DNA of 64,000 nt from Aplysia californica (taxonomy: Eukaryota). The notes beneath the pieces are model-generated. The model saw only the letters and a list, made by a program, of their open reading frames with translations, was not told the DNA's origin and did not search any database. Of the stretch, positions 1 to 11,082 are shown in pieces (the first letter of the stretch is position 1; every line of letters begins with the position of its first letter). Position numbers and translations under genes: made by a program. The stretch is from positions 191,236 to 255,235 of the forward strand of contig NW_004797307.1 of assembly GCF_000002075.1 (NCBI RefSeq), in the 5' to 3' direction.

Positions 1-363
1 AAGACACGTGACATACAAAAAATGTGGGATGACTTTATATCTTGTTGAGAGGCTTTTTACATCCTATTAATCATAAATTGTGATATCAGTGATGAATAAA
101 TTGCTTTTAAAGAAGATGATTGTGTACCTATGTTGGTTTTTTTTGTTGTTGATGTTGGGTTGTTGTTGTTTTTTGGGGGGTGGAGGGGTGTCATTTAATT
201 CACTCATGTATCCAGTACAAAAGTGACAAGTTAAGCTTTTGAAAAGCCCTTTTTCCGTTCATAACTATATATATAATATATAAAATAATAATAATAATAA
301 TAATAATAATAATTATATATATTATTATGAAAGGAAAAGGGACTTTATAGTGTAAAAGGATAT

Positions 364-640
364 ATAGATGTCATTTGTATAGCGCAAATTCCTGCTCAAC
401 AGCGAGCTTTATGCGCTTTACAATCTATATTATCACCCCAGCAGACCTGATAACATTCTGAAACAATTTCAACTTCCTTGGAAACATACAGGCGGGATGG
501 GATGCCCATTCACACCCGAGTGAAGTGAGGAAAATTCTTGTAAAGTGCCTTTCCCAAGGACACAACATCAGGCCTGAGCCTCAAAACCCCAGACTCTTAT
601 TTCACAATTATATGAAACCAGTAGCCTAACCACAAGACTA
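364..640 (-). mobile_element. SINE fragment with L2-type 3' tail
   Basis: Minus strand reads GTTGTGTCCTTGGGAAAGGCACTTTAC, a conserved SINE central motif also seen at ~60442. It also has an L2-like GTAAAGCGCATAAAGC..GCGCTATACAAAT end. Confidence 0.55.
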
Positions 641-699
641 CTGATGCAGGCAGAAAATTCACTATGCTTGTTTGTTTATGATAAAGAGAAGCCCACTGG

Positions 700-975
700 C
701 ACTGGTACTAGAGTCAGTGGCATAGTGGTTAAGCTCTAGGCCTTTGTATGCAGAAGATGCTAGTGGCATGGTACTAAGCTCTTCACCCTTGTTTGCAAAT
801 GATATGAGTTTAATTATTCCATGTTTGAAGTTTTTGTTAGAGAGTATTTCGGCTTGTCCACTGAGATGTTGTATCCTTGTTTACCCTGGTTGGTCCTGAT
901 GGGCAAGGTCGAAGCAGCTCGCCTTCCAGATGTTCTTCATTGTGTGAATGGGGGCTTAAAACACCGACAATTACA
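700..975 (+). mobile_element. tRNA-derived SINE (family B), partly duplicated head
   Basis: Its 3' part (GCCTTCCAGATG..TGTGTGAATGGGGGCTTAAAACACCGACA) resembles the copies at 22985-23160 and 63025-63260. Confidence 0.5.
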
Positions 976-1002
976 ACTTACTGACTGGGCAGTGATTATT
1001 AA

Positions 1003-1196
1003 CCCTATCCGTGCGTCGTGTTTTACTATCGTATCCTTTACTCGTTAATCCGATCTGAGCTTTGCATGGCAGTGTGTCAAAATGATTTTTTGAGAAATGC
1101 TGAAAGTTTCAAAGAGATCTTTGTTCTAAAAGTATTCTTAAATTTGAAGAATACAACCCAGGGGGTACAAAATGACCCCAGGGCGTACGGATAGGG
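1003..1196. mobile_element. piggyBac-type MITE (TTAA TSD)
   Basis: TTAA|CCCTATCCGT...ACGGATAGGG|TTAA. An inverted sister copy lies at 45918-46157. Confidence 0.85.
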
Positions 1197-1260
1197 TTAA
1201 GGACAATACATATCGTCGGCAGAGAATTCTAACCGTCTAAATCCAAATTTTCTCGAATTG

Positions 1261-1944
1261 CTTTTTTCCTTAAAATAGATTGACATAACGAATGGCTACG
1301 TCCTATTAAAATCTAGAACAATTTTGACAAACAAAAGTCTTGTTTTAAAGAGAAATTCTAACCGTATATTCCGACTGACTTCCGTGACTGAAGAATTCTA
1401 ACCGTCTAACTCGTTTAGGTAGTCCGCCATTGTGGATCACGGCGATAACGTTACGCTCTGAAGGAGGCGTTTGATTATAAATAAAATTCTTTTTTCCTTA
1501 AAATAGATCGACATGACGAATGGCTACGTCCTATTAAAATCTAGAACGATTTTGACAAACAAAAGTCTTGTTTTAAAGAGAAATTCTAACCGTATATTCC
1601 GACTGACTTCCGTGACTGAAGAATTCTAACCGTCTAACTCGTTTAGGTAGTCCGCCATTGTGGATCACGGCGATAACGTTACGCTCTGAAGGAGGCGTTT
1701 GATTATAAATAAAATTCTTTTTTCCTTAAAATAGATCGATATGACGAATGGCTACGTCCTATTAAAATCTAGAACGATTTTGACAAACAAAAGTCTTGTT
1801 TTAAAGAGAAATTCTAACCGTATATTCCGACTGGCTTCGGTGACTGAAGAATTCTAACCATCTAACTCGTTTAGGTAGCTCGCCATTGTGGATCACGGCG
1901 ATAAAGTTTTGCTCTGATGGAGGCGTTTGATTTTAAATAAATGT
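1261..1944 (+). repeat. Tandem array, 3 x 228 bp, inside the Sola-like element
   Basis: CCTTAAAATAG anchors at 1268, 1496 and 1724. The units are nearly identical. Confidence 0.95.
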
Positions 1945-3619
1945 AAAATCAGAAAAGGTTGCTTTTGTTAAAGGGTTGGTTGACTGTGTCGAGCCTGTGG
2001 AGAAAAAGGAGAGAGAAAGCAGAAGATCGTGGTCCATGAAGTACCATCTGCGAGTGAATGGGGCCAGAGTCAAAGAGTGCACGGTTTTCTTCTTAAGTCC
2101 TGTACTTTGTTACTAGTGTGTTCACATTGTTCTCACAGGTGGATTGGGTGTAGCAGAGGGTGAGGTTCCAGTTCAGAGAAAAAGGGTTAGGGAGGAGACT
2201 ACAGCATCAAAGGTACTTAAACAGTTTCTTTGTGATCTGCCCAAGTTGCCGTCTCACTATTGCCGAAAGACTCCAGAAAGTTATACTTGGAACCTGTTTT
2301 CCAGAGCTTACAGGCAGTGTACCGCCGTTTGTGTAAAGAAAAGTATGAGTGGGGGGGGGGGGTACTTTCTACCTTCAAGTTTAAAGAGAAGATCAATGCT
2401 ATGAACCTGTCATGGTTCCATCCTCGAAAAGATAGGTGTGGGCTTTGAGGAGGGGAATGTGGAAGAGGGAGCATACAAAAAAGACAATAGACAAGGAAAA
2501 ATGCATGGGCAGCCCCAAAATCAAATACATGTATATCAAAATGGACCAGCAATCAGTTCTGCTATATCCACGCACCAATGCTTCTGCTTTGTACTACAAG
2601 ACGAAATTGAATGTACACAATTTCACAGTATGAACTAGAGAGCAAGGACTGTGTATGTTATGTCTCAAATGAATGCGAAGGTGCTCTGACTGCAAATAAA
2701 TTTGCTCCTTGTGTGGCTGATTTTTTGTCATCTGATTTGACTCCAGATCATTATATTCAGATGGATGTGGTTGTATCAGAACTGCAAAGTCACAATGAGT
2801 TCTGCACTGTTACATTTCAGCTCTGTCAATGGTAAAACTGTAACATTAAAATTCCTGGAGAAGGGCTATACACAGATGGAGTTGGACAGTGCTCACAGCA
2901 CATCTACTACCCAACTGATTATGTCAGGCTAATGGAAGAAAGTAGGAAAGTGAAGCCATATGTAGTCAAGTATTTGACTCATTGTATCTTGTCTGATTTC
3001 ATCAAACTAACCAACCAGAGTTTACACACCAGATGGTCAAATTAAATACAAACTGAGATTTGATGATGACTGGTCACATCTGCCTTTGAAGCGTGGCGAG
3101 TCCACAGACATTCTCCGTAAAGACATGAAGGGACTGCCTCTGTATCAGGGTAGAAAGTGTAATTCGTCCATAGAGAACTTTAATAACACATGCAAGAAAT
3201 GAAGTATGTTGTGCCATCTGACTACCACAAGTTCTATGACAATCTAGAATTGAGTACGTCACCAGTGCGCAAGTCAAAACCCACGGTTAAGTCTAATTTG
3301 ATATGCAGTGTATTGTGTTTTGGTTTATGTAGTTTATTTTTAGCCAACCAGAGCTTTAGCTTCATTGGGTAGAGCATTTTAAAGCCTCATAATGGTGCTT
3401 GGACAAGAGGATAATTCATTCCTGTTGACACTGGATGCTGCTATGGCATACCTCATCTTGATGACTTTCTATGTAAAATGTGTTATTTAATTAGGCCATA
3501 CATTAGTTGGGGATGCATTATATGAGGTTTAGTTGAGCTTTAAAAAAATCATATTACTTCTAGAGTCTTCCAACCAAGTTAAACCATGTTTTTAGAGTTA
3601 GAAGCATTTCAGTTTCTTC

Positions 3620-4055
3620 CATTGGAGAACTGATGGGTCGCTTTTCATTCTTGCTCGACTTTGAGCCAAGACCAAAATCAACAAACCAAACAAGAATACG
3701 AGACCTTTTCTTTGCCGGTGATGCTGCTATTGTCGCTCATAATGAATCAACCCTACGAATAATCCTGTGTTTAAGTTTAAGAAGATTGAGATGGCTGGGC
3801 CATGTCAAGAGAATGGACGACAACCGGATTCCGAAGCAATTTCTCCATGGACAAAACTGAGGTACAAAGACATCTGCAAAAACAGATTATCTAAGCTTGG
3901 AGTAGATGTCAGCATCTGTGAAGAAATAACCGAGGACAGGAAAACATGGAGGAAAATGATAAATGAAAGACCTATTATGCTAGTGACTAGAGAGCAAGCA
4001 CTGCGACAGAATCTGTACTTCAAACAGGAAAAATTAGCCATAAAAGAAGCTCCAT
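3620..4055 (+). mobile_element. RTE/BovB-like LINE RT fragment, internally deleted, inserted in the Sola-like element
   Basis: IRDLFFAGDAAIVAHNESTL is joined directly to LRWLGHVKRMDDNRIPKQFL, then LRYKDICK. Confidence 0.7.
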
Positions 4056-4123
4056 GAAGACAATTCGTATACGGAAATTCTTCTCTGCCCCCCCCCCCCC
4101 CTCTCTCTCTCTCTCTCTCTGTT

Positions 4124-4156
<33 letters not shown>

Positions 4157-4187
4157 TTCAGACCCCTTCCCCCCCCCCTCTCTCTCT

Positions 4188-4338
4188 NNNNNNNNNNNNN
4201 NNNNNNNNNNNNNNNNNNNNNNNNNNNNNNNNNNNNNNNNNNNNNNNNNNNNNNNNNNNNNNNNNNNNNNNNNNNNNNNNNNNNNNNNNNNNNNNNNNNN
4301 NNNNNNNNNNNNNNNNNNNNNNNNNNNNNNNNNNNNNN
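4188..4338. other. Assembly gap (N run)
   Basis: N run. The other gaps are 11537-11841, 40991-41211, 45185-45381 and 46836-46997. Confidence 0.99.
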
Positions 4339-5779
4339 ACCAATCCTTCTCACAATTTCCTTGAGAATGGAGGATCAAATAGATCTAGTAGCTTTATAGT
4401 AAAAACTTAACGACGCACTCAATCTGTCGACAAGCCCATTGCCTAATTAGAATTATGTGGAAATAAAGTGCGACGTTCAGTTTTAGATATAATGAAACAG
4501 TATTATTGTTAGATTCTAGATCTACAGTACTATGTAGTACTAATTAGAACTTTTATAGTAGGCTTCCTGTTGGATTGATTGCAAGTGTAGTCATTTCGAG
4601 TTGTTCGGTAACACTAACGTGTTACGATGACTGAGTTAGACGTAACGAAGCGCGTGGCGTCCCCGCCGGGTTGGAGAATTCTAAACGAACAATTCGTTCG
4701 TCGACACTTGGACGGTTAGAAATCCAAAACTGAGCGGTCTATCCGTATAACTCTGGTTTAGCACTTAAAATAATAAAATTTCGGCAATTTTGTTTTAAAT
4801 ACTTAATAGTAGAGTCATGTATTCCAGTCTAGCGCATTTAAAGATAGTAAATCCCCATAGGAGCCTTTGAATTCAGTTTTTTGTCTCTCCTGCAAAATTT
4901 ACGAAATCGGAGTTGGACGGTTAGAATTCTCCGCCGACGATATATGTGTTATAATTAAATAATATTATAATTTTATAAAAGAAAGATAATTCTCAGAAAT
5001 AATACAAAAATATATTTTTTAAACCATTACCAAGTAGCAACACAGTTTGGTTCTTCCTTTTCACAAACAGGCAGATTGAAGTCGAAATTGAATGGCTGTG
5101 GATAGTGCTAGTAGCATGGTCATGATGTGACTACCATGGAAATGAATGTTCTTTTGTTGCATGGTGCTTGACAAATTTTTATTACATTATTCTTTATACT
5201 TTGCAGATTTTAAAATTAATAATTTAAACAAATTATATAAGAGATATTCTCCCTCTTTGTATTTTACTTAGAATTAGATGGTTGTTAACATGTTTCATGA
5301 GCTTTGCTGGTCTTTCTCTCTTTGTGCCAACAAAGAATGGGGAACCCTCTCTTAACTCTCTGTTTGCAATGCCTCTTGCTGGTCATGTGTGGAATATCTT
5401 TGGTTTCTTCTACATTTCACTGAAATTGAATCTTGAATGTTGGTAAATTCGTGCTCAGAAATTCTCTTTCTCTCGTTTAATTGCTTTGCACAGACATATA
5501 ATTTTGGCACCTCCAAATTCTAGTGAAATTACGAAAAAAAAATGAGGTTATAAGAAACACAATTGGCATGGAGTCCTGCCTGCATTTCATAGGAAAACAG
5601 ACAGATGGTTTGGCCAAATGTTACGTATGTCACCCAATCCCAGTCAGCCTTGAGAGCCTGTAACACCAAGTAGGCCTACTTGGACTACGAAGGAAGAGGT
5701 GGGGGGGATGGATGGCGGGGGTAATCAAGTGTTGGCCTAACAAGGCACTTTTTGGGGTTGGGGGGGGGGAGAGAAAAAA

Positions 5780-6245
5780 TTGGCCTAGAGGTTCGGTGTG
5801 TGCCTCTCATTCAATGTCCCCGATTTGACAACAACAGATAATTTTCTTATCTAGAATTTCTCCTTCCTTCCTTTCCTGCTTTCTAATCATGTTCTGTCAT
5901 CTGCTTTCATCTCCGCTTTCTACCCTCCCCCCTTTTCAACTCCTTCTCTGGGCTCTTGATTCTTTCTACTGCTACTCCTGGCTCCTTATCTTAGGATAGG
6001 TATGATCGAACACCTAGCCTTCTCGGATAAAGGTGAAAAAGTCGGGGAGGTTCAGTGTGCAAGTTGCACACATTCAAGATCCCTTGGTGGTCGTTAAATC
6101 GATTATAAGAGTAGGCTTTGGCCACCACCAGGACAAAATTCAAAATTAATTCCTACAATACTGAAAATGTTTCATTTTAATGTGTGTCCCGTGCGCTCAT
6201 ATGACATTATGCAGTTGCGCTGGCTGCTGTAAAACCCACTTACCA
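5780..6245 (+). mobile_element. tRNA-derived SINE (family A, Meta/MESC-like central motif)
   Basis: Homologous to 6788-7225 and 63582-64000: pyrimidine-rich body, GCCTTCTCGGA, TGTGCAAGTTGCACAC..AAGATCC and the GCGCTCATATGAC tail. Confidence 0.7.
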
Positions 6246-6787
6246 AAACAAAACAAAAAAGGAAGGGGTAGGCCGCGCGAAAAATGAATTGATGGAGTCG
6301 AGGGAAGTAAGAAGCTATTATGATCGCTTTTAAGCACAAGGGGGTTATCCCGAAAAATGCTGCTTTGAGAAAATTGAAGGTAAAGTTTTTGGACCCTTTT
6401 TCAGTTTCTTTAAAAGACAAGGAGAGTTTTCTCTATAACCAAGCAAATATAGACATCAACTACCGCAGAAAATTACAGGTACGTCTTCCCTCGACTCTCA
6501 ATGGCAACATAGGGTGAAAAAGTAAAAGTAAACTTTTATACAGCAGACCCAGGATGCAGGGGAGGGGGGGGGGGTTCCTGCAGTTAATATTAAAAATTTA
6601 ATCAGCATGGTGTTTGTTTAGCATCACGATCATGGGAAATTTCATGCTGATAACGAGTTTGGAGTCAAATTCGAGCAAGCATTGAAAAAATTAATAACAT
6701 TTTTGCCCCGCTACACCACTGAACTCCACTCTACCCCGGACCGATGAGGAAAAGAAAAGACATTGCCTAAATTTCTGGACCAGGGCC

Positions 6788-7225
6788 GGGGGCTCTCGTG
6801 GTCTAAAAGTGTTCAATAGGGCGTGGGCTCGAATGCGGAGAGGACGGAAAATGTTCACCTATCACCTCCTTTCCTGCTCTCTAGCAATGTTCTGTCGTCT
6901 GCTTTAGTCTCCACTTTCTGTCCCCACCCCCCAGCCTTTCTACTGCTACTACTACTATTTGGCTCCTTCTTAATGCTGTCTTTCAGCTACACCCCTGATC
7001 TTATGATAGGAAAGATCTACACTGAGCCTTCTCGGACAAGGGCGAACTTTTTCGGAGGTCCCGTGTGCAAGTGCGCACGTCAAAGATCCTTTGGTGGTCC
7101 AAATCGATAAGAGTAGGCTTTGGCTGCTTGCCGGGCAAAATTTAAAATTTTCTACCAATTGAAAATGTTTAAAATGTCCTGCGCGCTCATATGACCTTAC
7201 GCAGTAGCGAGCGCCATAAAAGTAG
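6788..7225 (+). mobile_element. tRNA-derived SINE (family A)
   Basis: Degenerate tRNA-like head GGGGCTCTCGTGGTCTAAAAG..GGCTCGAATGC, central GCGCACGTCAAAGATCC and 3' GCGCTCATATGACCTTACGCAG. Tail fragments recur at ~7969 and ~28141. Confidence 0.7.
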
Positions 7226-7229
7226 TAAA

Positions 7230-7490
7230 ACTTTACTTTTACTTTTACTTTTTTTTTCTTCCGCTTGTACCAGGGGGTGTCGCGGGGAGACAGGCGTCTG
7301 TCTGCAGCAAGGCGAGTGGCCTGTAGGAGGGACATCCCGTGAAATCTGAGGGTGTCTGCCACAGATTCACTCCATCGTCGCCTTGGTCTTCCTCTGGCTC
7401 TCCGACGTCCAGAATAGTTAATGGTGTATGCTCTCAGAGCTGGGTGGTTTGAGGGCATCCGCGTGAGGTGCCCGAACCACTGGACCCAGT
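7230..7490 (-). mobile_element. RTE-clade LINE 3' end
   Basis: QWFGHLTRMPSNHPALRAY..GRRRARGRPRRRWSESV followed by an (AAAGTA)n tail. A related + strand fragment lies at ~5540-5700. Confidence 0.75.
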
Positions 7491-8353
7491 AAAACAACTA
7501 CAAAAAAGAAGAAAGAAAAAAAAAAAGGACCCGCGCCGGGCCTCATGAAATCGGCTACACACGCAGCGATTTTCGGCAGTTTTGATTGGAAGTTCATAGT
7601 TCATGGGCTGACTCTTGCACGTGTGACGCAAAAGCCACGTGCAGCTCTGGCCCCGTCTTGTGTTAGAACTTTTATAGTAGGCTACGTTTGAAGTATTGGA
7701 ACCGGGTGTTTCGTGAATGCTCTAGTGTGGTTCGTTCCTTCTTTCCTATCAAATATCCTTTGTCCTAATTAATCTCTCCCCTCTCCTATTTTGTATTTGT
7801 TAAAACTCTTACTAAAACTAAAACGCGTAGGAAAAATTCAATCAACTAAAGATGTAAACCTATTGCCGTTAATTTTCAACTTTACAAAACTATGCAGTGC
7901 TTTTAACCACCTTGAAAACAACCAAACTTGAGTCCCACGCGTTCTTAATGACTCATGATAATTATTATTATGACCTTATGCAGTTGCGATCGCGCCGTGA
8001 AACTCTTGTAGTGTAGGCCTACTGGTACTGTATTATTATTAATATTAATATTGCCAACAGAACCGTAAGCTGTGAACAGCTGCGAGCGACATCTCAAGCG
8101 AATGAATGATCTGCCGCCACTGCCAGTTCTGTGGTCAGCTTGTTCAAAAATAATCATGTAGTAATTAATTATAGCGTAATCTCTCTGACCGTCTAGGCCT
8201 AGGCGATCATCAGGCAGCGCAGCCCAAGAACTACACACCTTGCTTGTGGGCTGGCACACCGGCCGCTCAGGCTTCGGCCCACAGCAAGCAGTGACCTTCG
8301 TAATGATAATAATGATTACAACGGCCACGGCTAGGCGGTCTCTTTCTCCCTCT

Positions 8354-8422
<69 letters not shown>

Positions 8423-8424
<2 letters not shown>

Positions 8425-8728
8425 AATGGTTTAGCTTCCCTGTGTTTGTGTTCCAACTAATGGACATGTAAAAAAAAATTCTAGACAGACAAAAACGATG
8501 GAAAGACAGAAAGTTGAGTTGAGTTAGAGTTTTACGGAAATGGAGGGCACACACTGATATGTTTTTTGATCTTGACACCTTTTCATAGGATAAAATGTTT
8601 GGTAAGCTAGCAATCCATGCCCAACATTCTGTTTCATCCGAAGGAAATCCATACAAGGTCACTTTTTCTGCACCTTTCTGACTGTCATAGCCAGTTTTGC
8701 ATCCAACAAATGAGCATTTTCTTCCCAT
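8423..8728 (-). pseudogene. THAP zinc-finger domain fragment, probably transposon-derived
   Basis: MGRKCSFVGCKTGY..LYGFP..WIASLP..VCALHF gives the THAP C-x4-C..FP..W..C-x2-HF signature. No downstream transposase core was recognised. Confidence 0.65.
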
Positions 8729-10069
8729 TGTTGTTCTTATTCCTTCGGTTTATTTTGAAGGTGTCAGTCACAGTCCAACAGAGTCATAACCACACATGAT
8801 GAAAGCAATAAATAGGCCTAGAAGAGAAGCATGTAAGCACTGTGAAAGAACAGCAGATATTAATATACAATGCAGGCCGGGAAAAACACAAAGGAGCTCC
8901 CCCATAATTATGATCCGTATACTTTTCCCTACCTAACAAGGGTGGGCCCCTAGACGCTCAGAGTCTAGATATATAGATTTATATCTACATGGTCCTTTTA
9001 GCCTATTGTTTGTGTTACAAACTAATCTAAATCTAAAAGTAGATCTAGGGATAGGATGGAGAGTTAGTTTTTATTGGTTGTTTGCATACAGAGGCTCTAA
9101 GTCAGTGAAGAGTGTGCGGATCAGGAGGGGGGCCTCCACTGTGTAGACATGGATTTTAGACAGATATGAATTAAACTTGCACGGTCAAAACTTCACTATA
9201 GGTTTAAGCTAAACACGTACACTGATGGAAGAGATATTTGATATTCACACAATCCAGATGAAAAAAGCATTGAGTACTGTGGTGATGAAGAATCTGAAAA
9301 TGAACAGTAGGCCTACAGTGCAGCCAAACAGCACTTCAAATTTGCGATCTCAAAACTGTTGGTCAATTTTAATTAATTAATTAATTAGTCACCACCTCTG
9401 TTCCTCAACACACACAATGATGTAGAAAATATTCACATAATCCAGATGACTTGAAAAGCAAACTGCATTAGGCAGAAATAATCCAATGTCAAAGCATGAG
9501 CAAACAACAATTCAAACTGACCGCCGCACCCTGCGTAGGCTTATCACTACTAATGATCTACAAGGTTGTGGGCCTACTACACGGGTGTGTCAGCCCACAA
9601 GGAATCTAGGTCAGTAGCGCGCAGGTGGACTGATTATATGACCGTCTAGGTCTAGGCCTAGGCGATCGATTATATGACCGTCTAGGTCTAGGCCTATGCT
9701 GATGGTCATGGTGGTGTGGGGTGTGAAATCTCACGAGTGCCAGTGAAAGTGCCCAAGTGGCGCTCCAGCACGGAAACTTTCACGGGTAGCCAGAGGCCGG
9801 AGGTGTGAAATTAGTTTGACCAATGCCTACCGCCCCGATCGTACGGCCAACCAAGAAAAGAGTTCCTCGAATCTTTGTTACTTACGAGGAGGTTAGAGTT
9901 GTTACACAGAATTCTACACTAAGTGTGGAATTCTGTGAGTTGTTATTAAGCTCCTTGGTTACTTAGCAGTGAGGCGTGGCATTGGTTGTCTGTGCTTGTT
10001 ACATCGATGGATGAGGCTACGGGTGGAAGCAAAGGCGATGTGTTCAAATAGAAGGTCAAACAGTGGTCC

Positions 10070-10465
10070 TATGAAATGCAAGCACTGGTGTCAATGGATA
10101 AATTAATAGTACTGACACATGTTGTTATCAGAGAGGATAGCACTTGAAATGTGTGAAGTTTTGACCACTGCTTGCCGACAGAGCACAGACGGAGATTCAG
10201 AATAAGAAGGCGGTGGCGATGAATTGGACATACTCTCAGCTGCATAACAAAGAAAATTGACTGGAATCCACAGGATAAGAGATCATAGGGGAAGGCCACG
10301 TGGATCTCGAAGAGTCGCCGATTTTGACGTACAGAAAAGTGGGAAGACGTGGAATGTACATATGTATTTTCAAGAGACTAGCCCAGGGTAGGGAAAGGTG
10401 AAAAGTGTTCATGACATATCGCCTTGATGTAGAGTGAGCAAAGCAGTGATGATGATGATGATGAA
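10070..10465 (+). mobile_element. RTE-type LINE 3' fragment with (GAT)n tail
   Basis: Degenerate RRRWR*IGHTL..DWNPQ..GRPR. Same family as the inverted copy at 50880-51105. Confidence 0.6.
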
Positions 10466-10887
10466 TGTACGCGCTTAGGGATAGATCTCTAGATCCACAT
10501 CAACTTACTTAGAAAGCTTATAGGTGGTGACGGGGAAAATCAGGATGGCCTAATATTAATATAACCTGGATAAACTTATTAATTATTAAAGAGCAGCCAA
10601 AGAAAGGAATGAGTGGCGAACCTCTAATTATATGGCTAACGTCTGTGATTGCAGGCAGATCTGGCACTTGATGATGACACACATAGGCCTGCACTTTTAA
10701 TATTAGAGTGATTATTACGAAGTAATTTTTTTGCTGAGTTCGGCCGTCTCCAAAGCTACCACTGACTCCAAAACGATGCCTTTTTTCCCAAACTAATCCC
10801 GATCTCTGCCTCACGTTCCGATCCTCGAATGTTATTGGTTGGCAGATATGTGCCCTGGTGTGATTTTTTCTATCAAACATCTATCAT

Positions 10888-11082
10888 AGCTCATATGGGG
10901 TACCCATTGCGGATGGGATCGGGTCGGGGGCAATCGCCCCACTCGTCGCCTGAAAGCAAACGCGTTTGTTTTTTTAGTTGGGCGCGATCGGCTTGTACCA
11001 CGATAGCCGCTTTGTGCTCTCAATCTGGCTAGCAAACCGCCCCGACCAGACCCGATCCCCCAATGGGCACCCCGTATGATCT
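10888..11082. mobile_element. MITE-like inverted-repeat element
   Basis: AGCTCATATGGGGTACCCATTG..GGGATCGGGTCGGGG pairs with CCCCGACC..CCCGATCCCCCAATGGGCACCCCGTATGATCT. Confidence 0.55.

Larger units (their letters stand above)
1214..4939 (+). mobile_element. Sola1-like DNA transposon (degenerate transposase), bounded by TIRs
   Basis: 24-bp TIRs CGTCGGCAGAGAATTCTAACCGTC (1214-1237) and GACGGTTAGAATTCTCCGCCGACG (4916-4939) with an ATAT 4-bp TSD on both sides. Frameshifted transposase pieces at ~1960-3250 (LPKLPSHYCRKDSRKLYL, FHPRKDRC, MDQQSVLLYPRTNASALYYKTKLNVHNFTV). Confidence 0.75.

Noticed and set aside
1261-1944. CRISPR-like repeat/spacer pattern from the recurring AATTCTAACCGT
   Set aside because: The intervening sequences are identical between units, so this is a plain 228-bp tandem repeat.
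3805-4410. ORFs spanning N gaps or microsatellites (also 11520-11903, 14521-14883, 15158-15536, 40405-41264, 45085-45528, 46817-47106)
   Set aside because: Artefacts of N runs and dinucleotide repeats.
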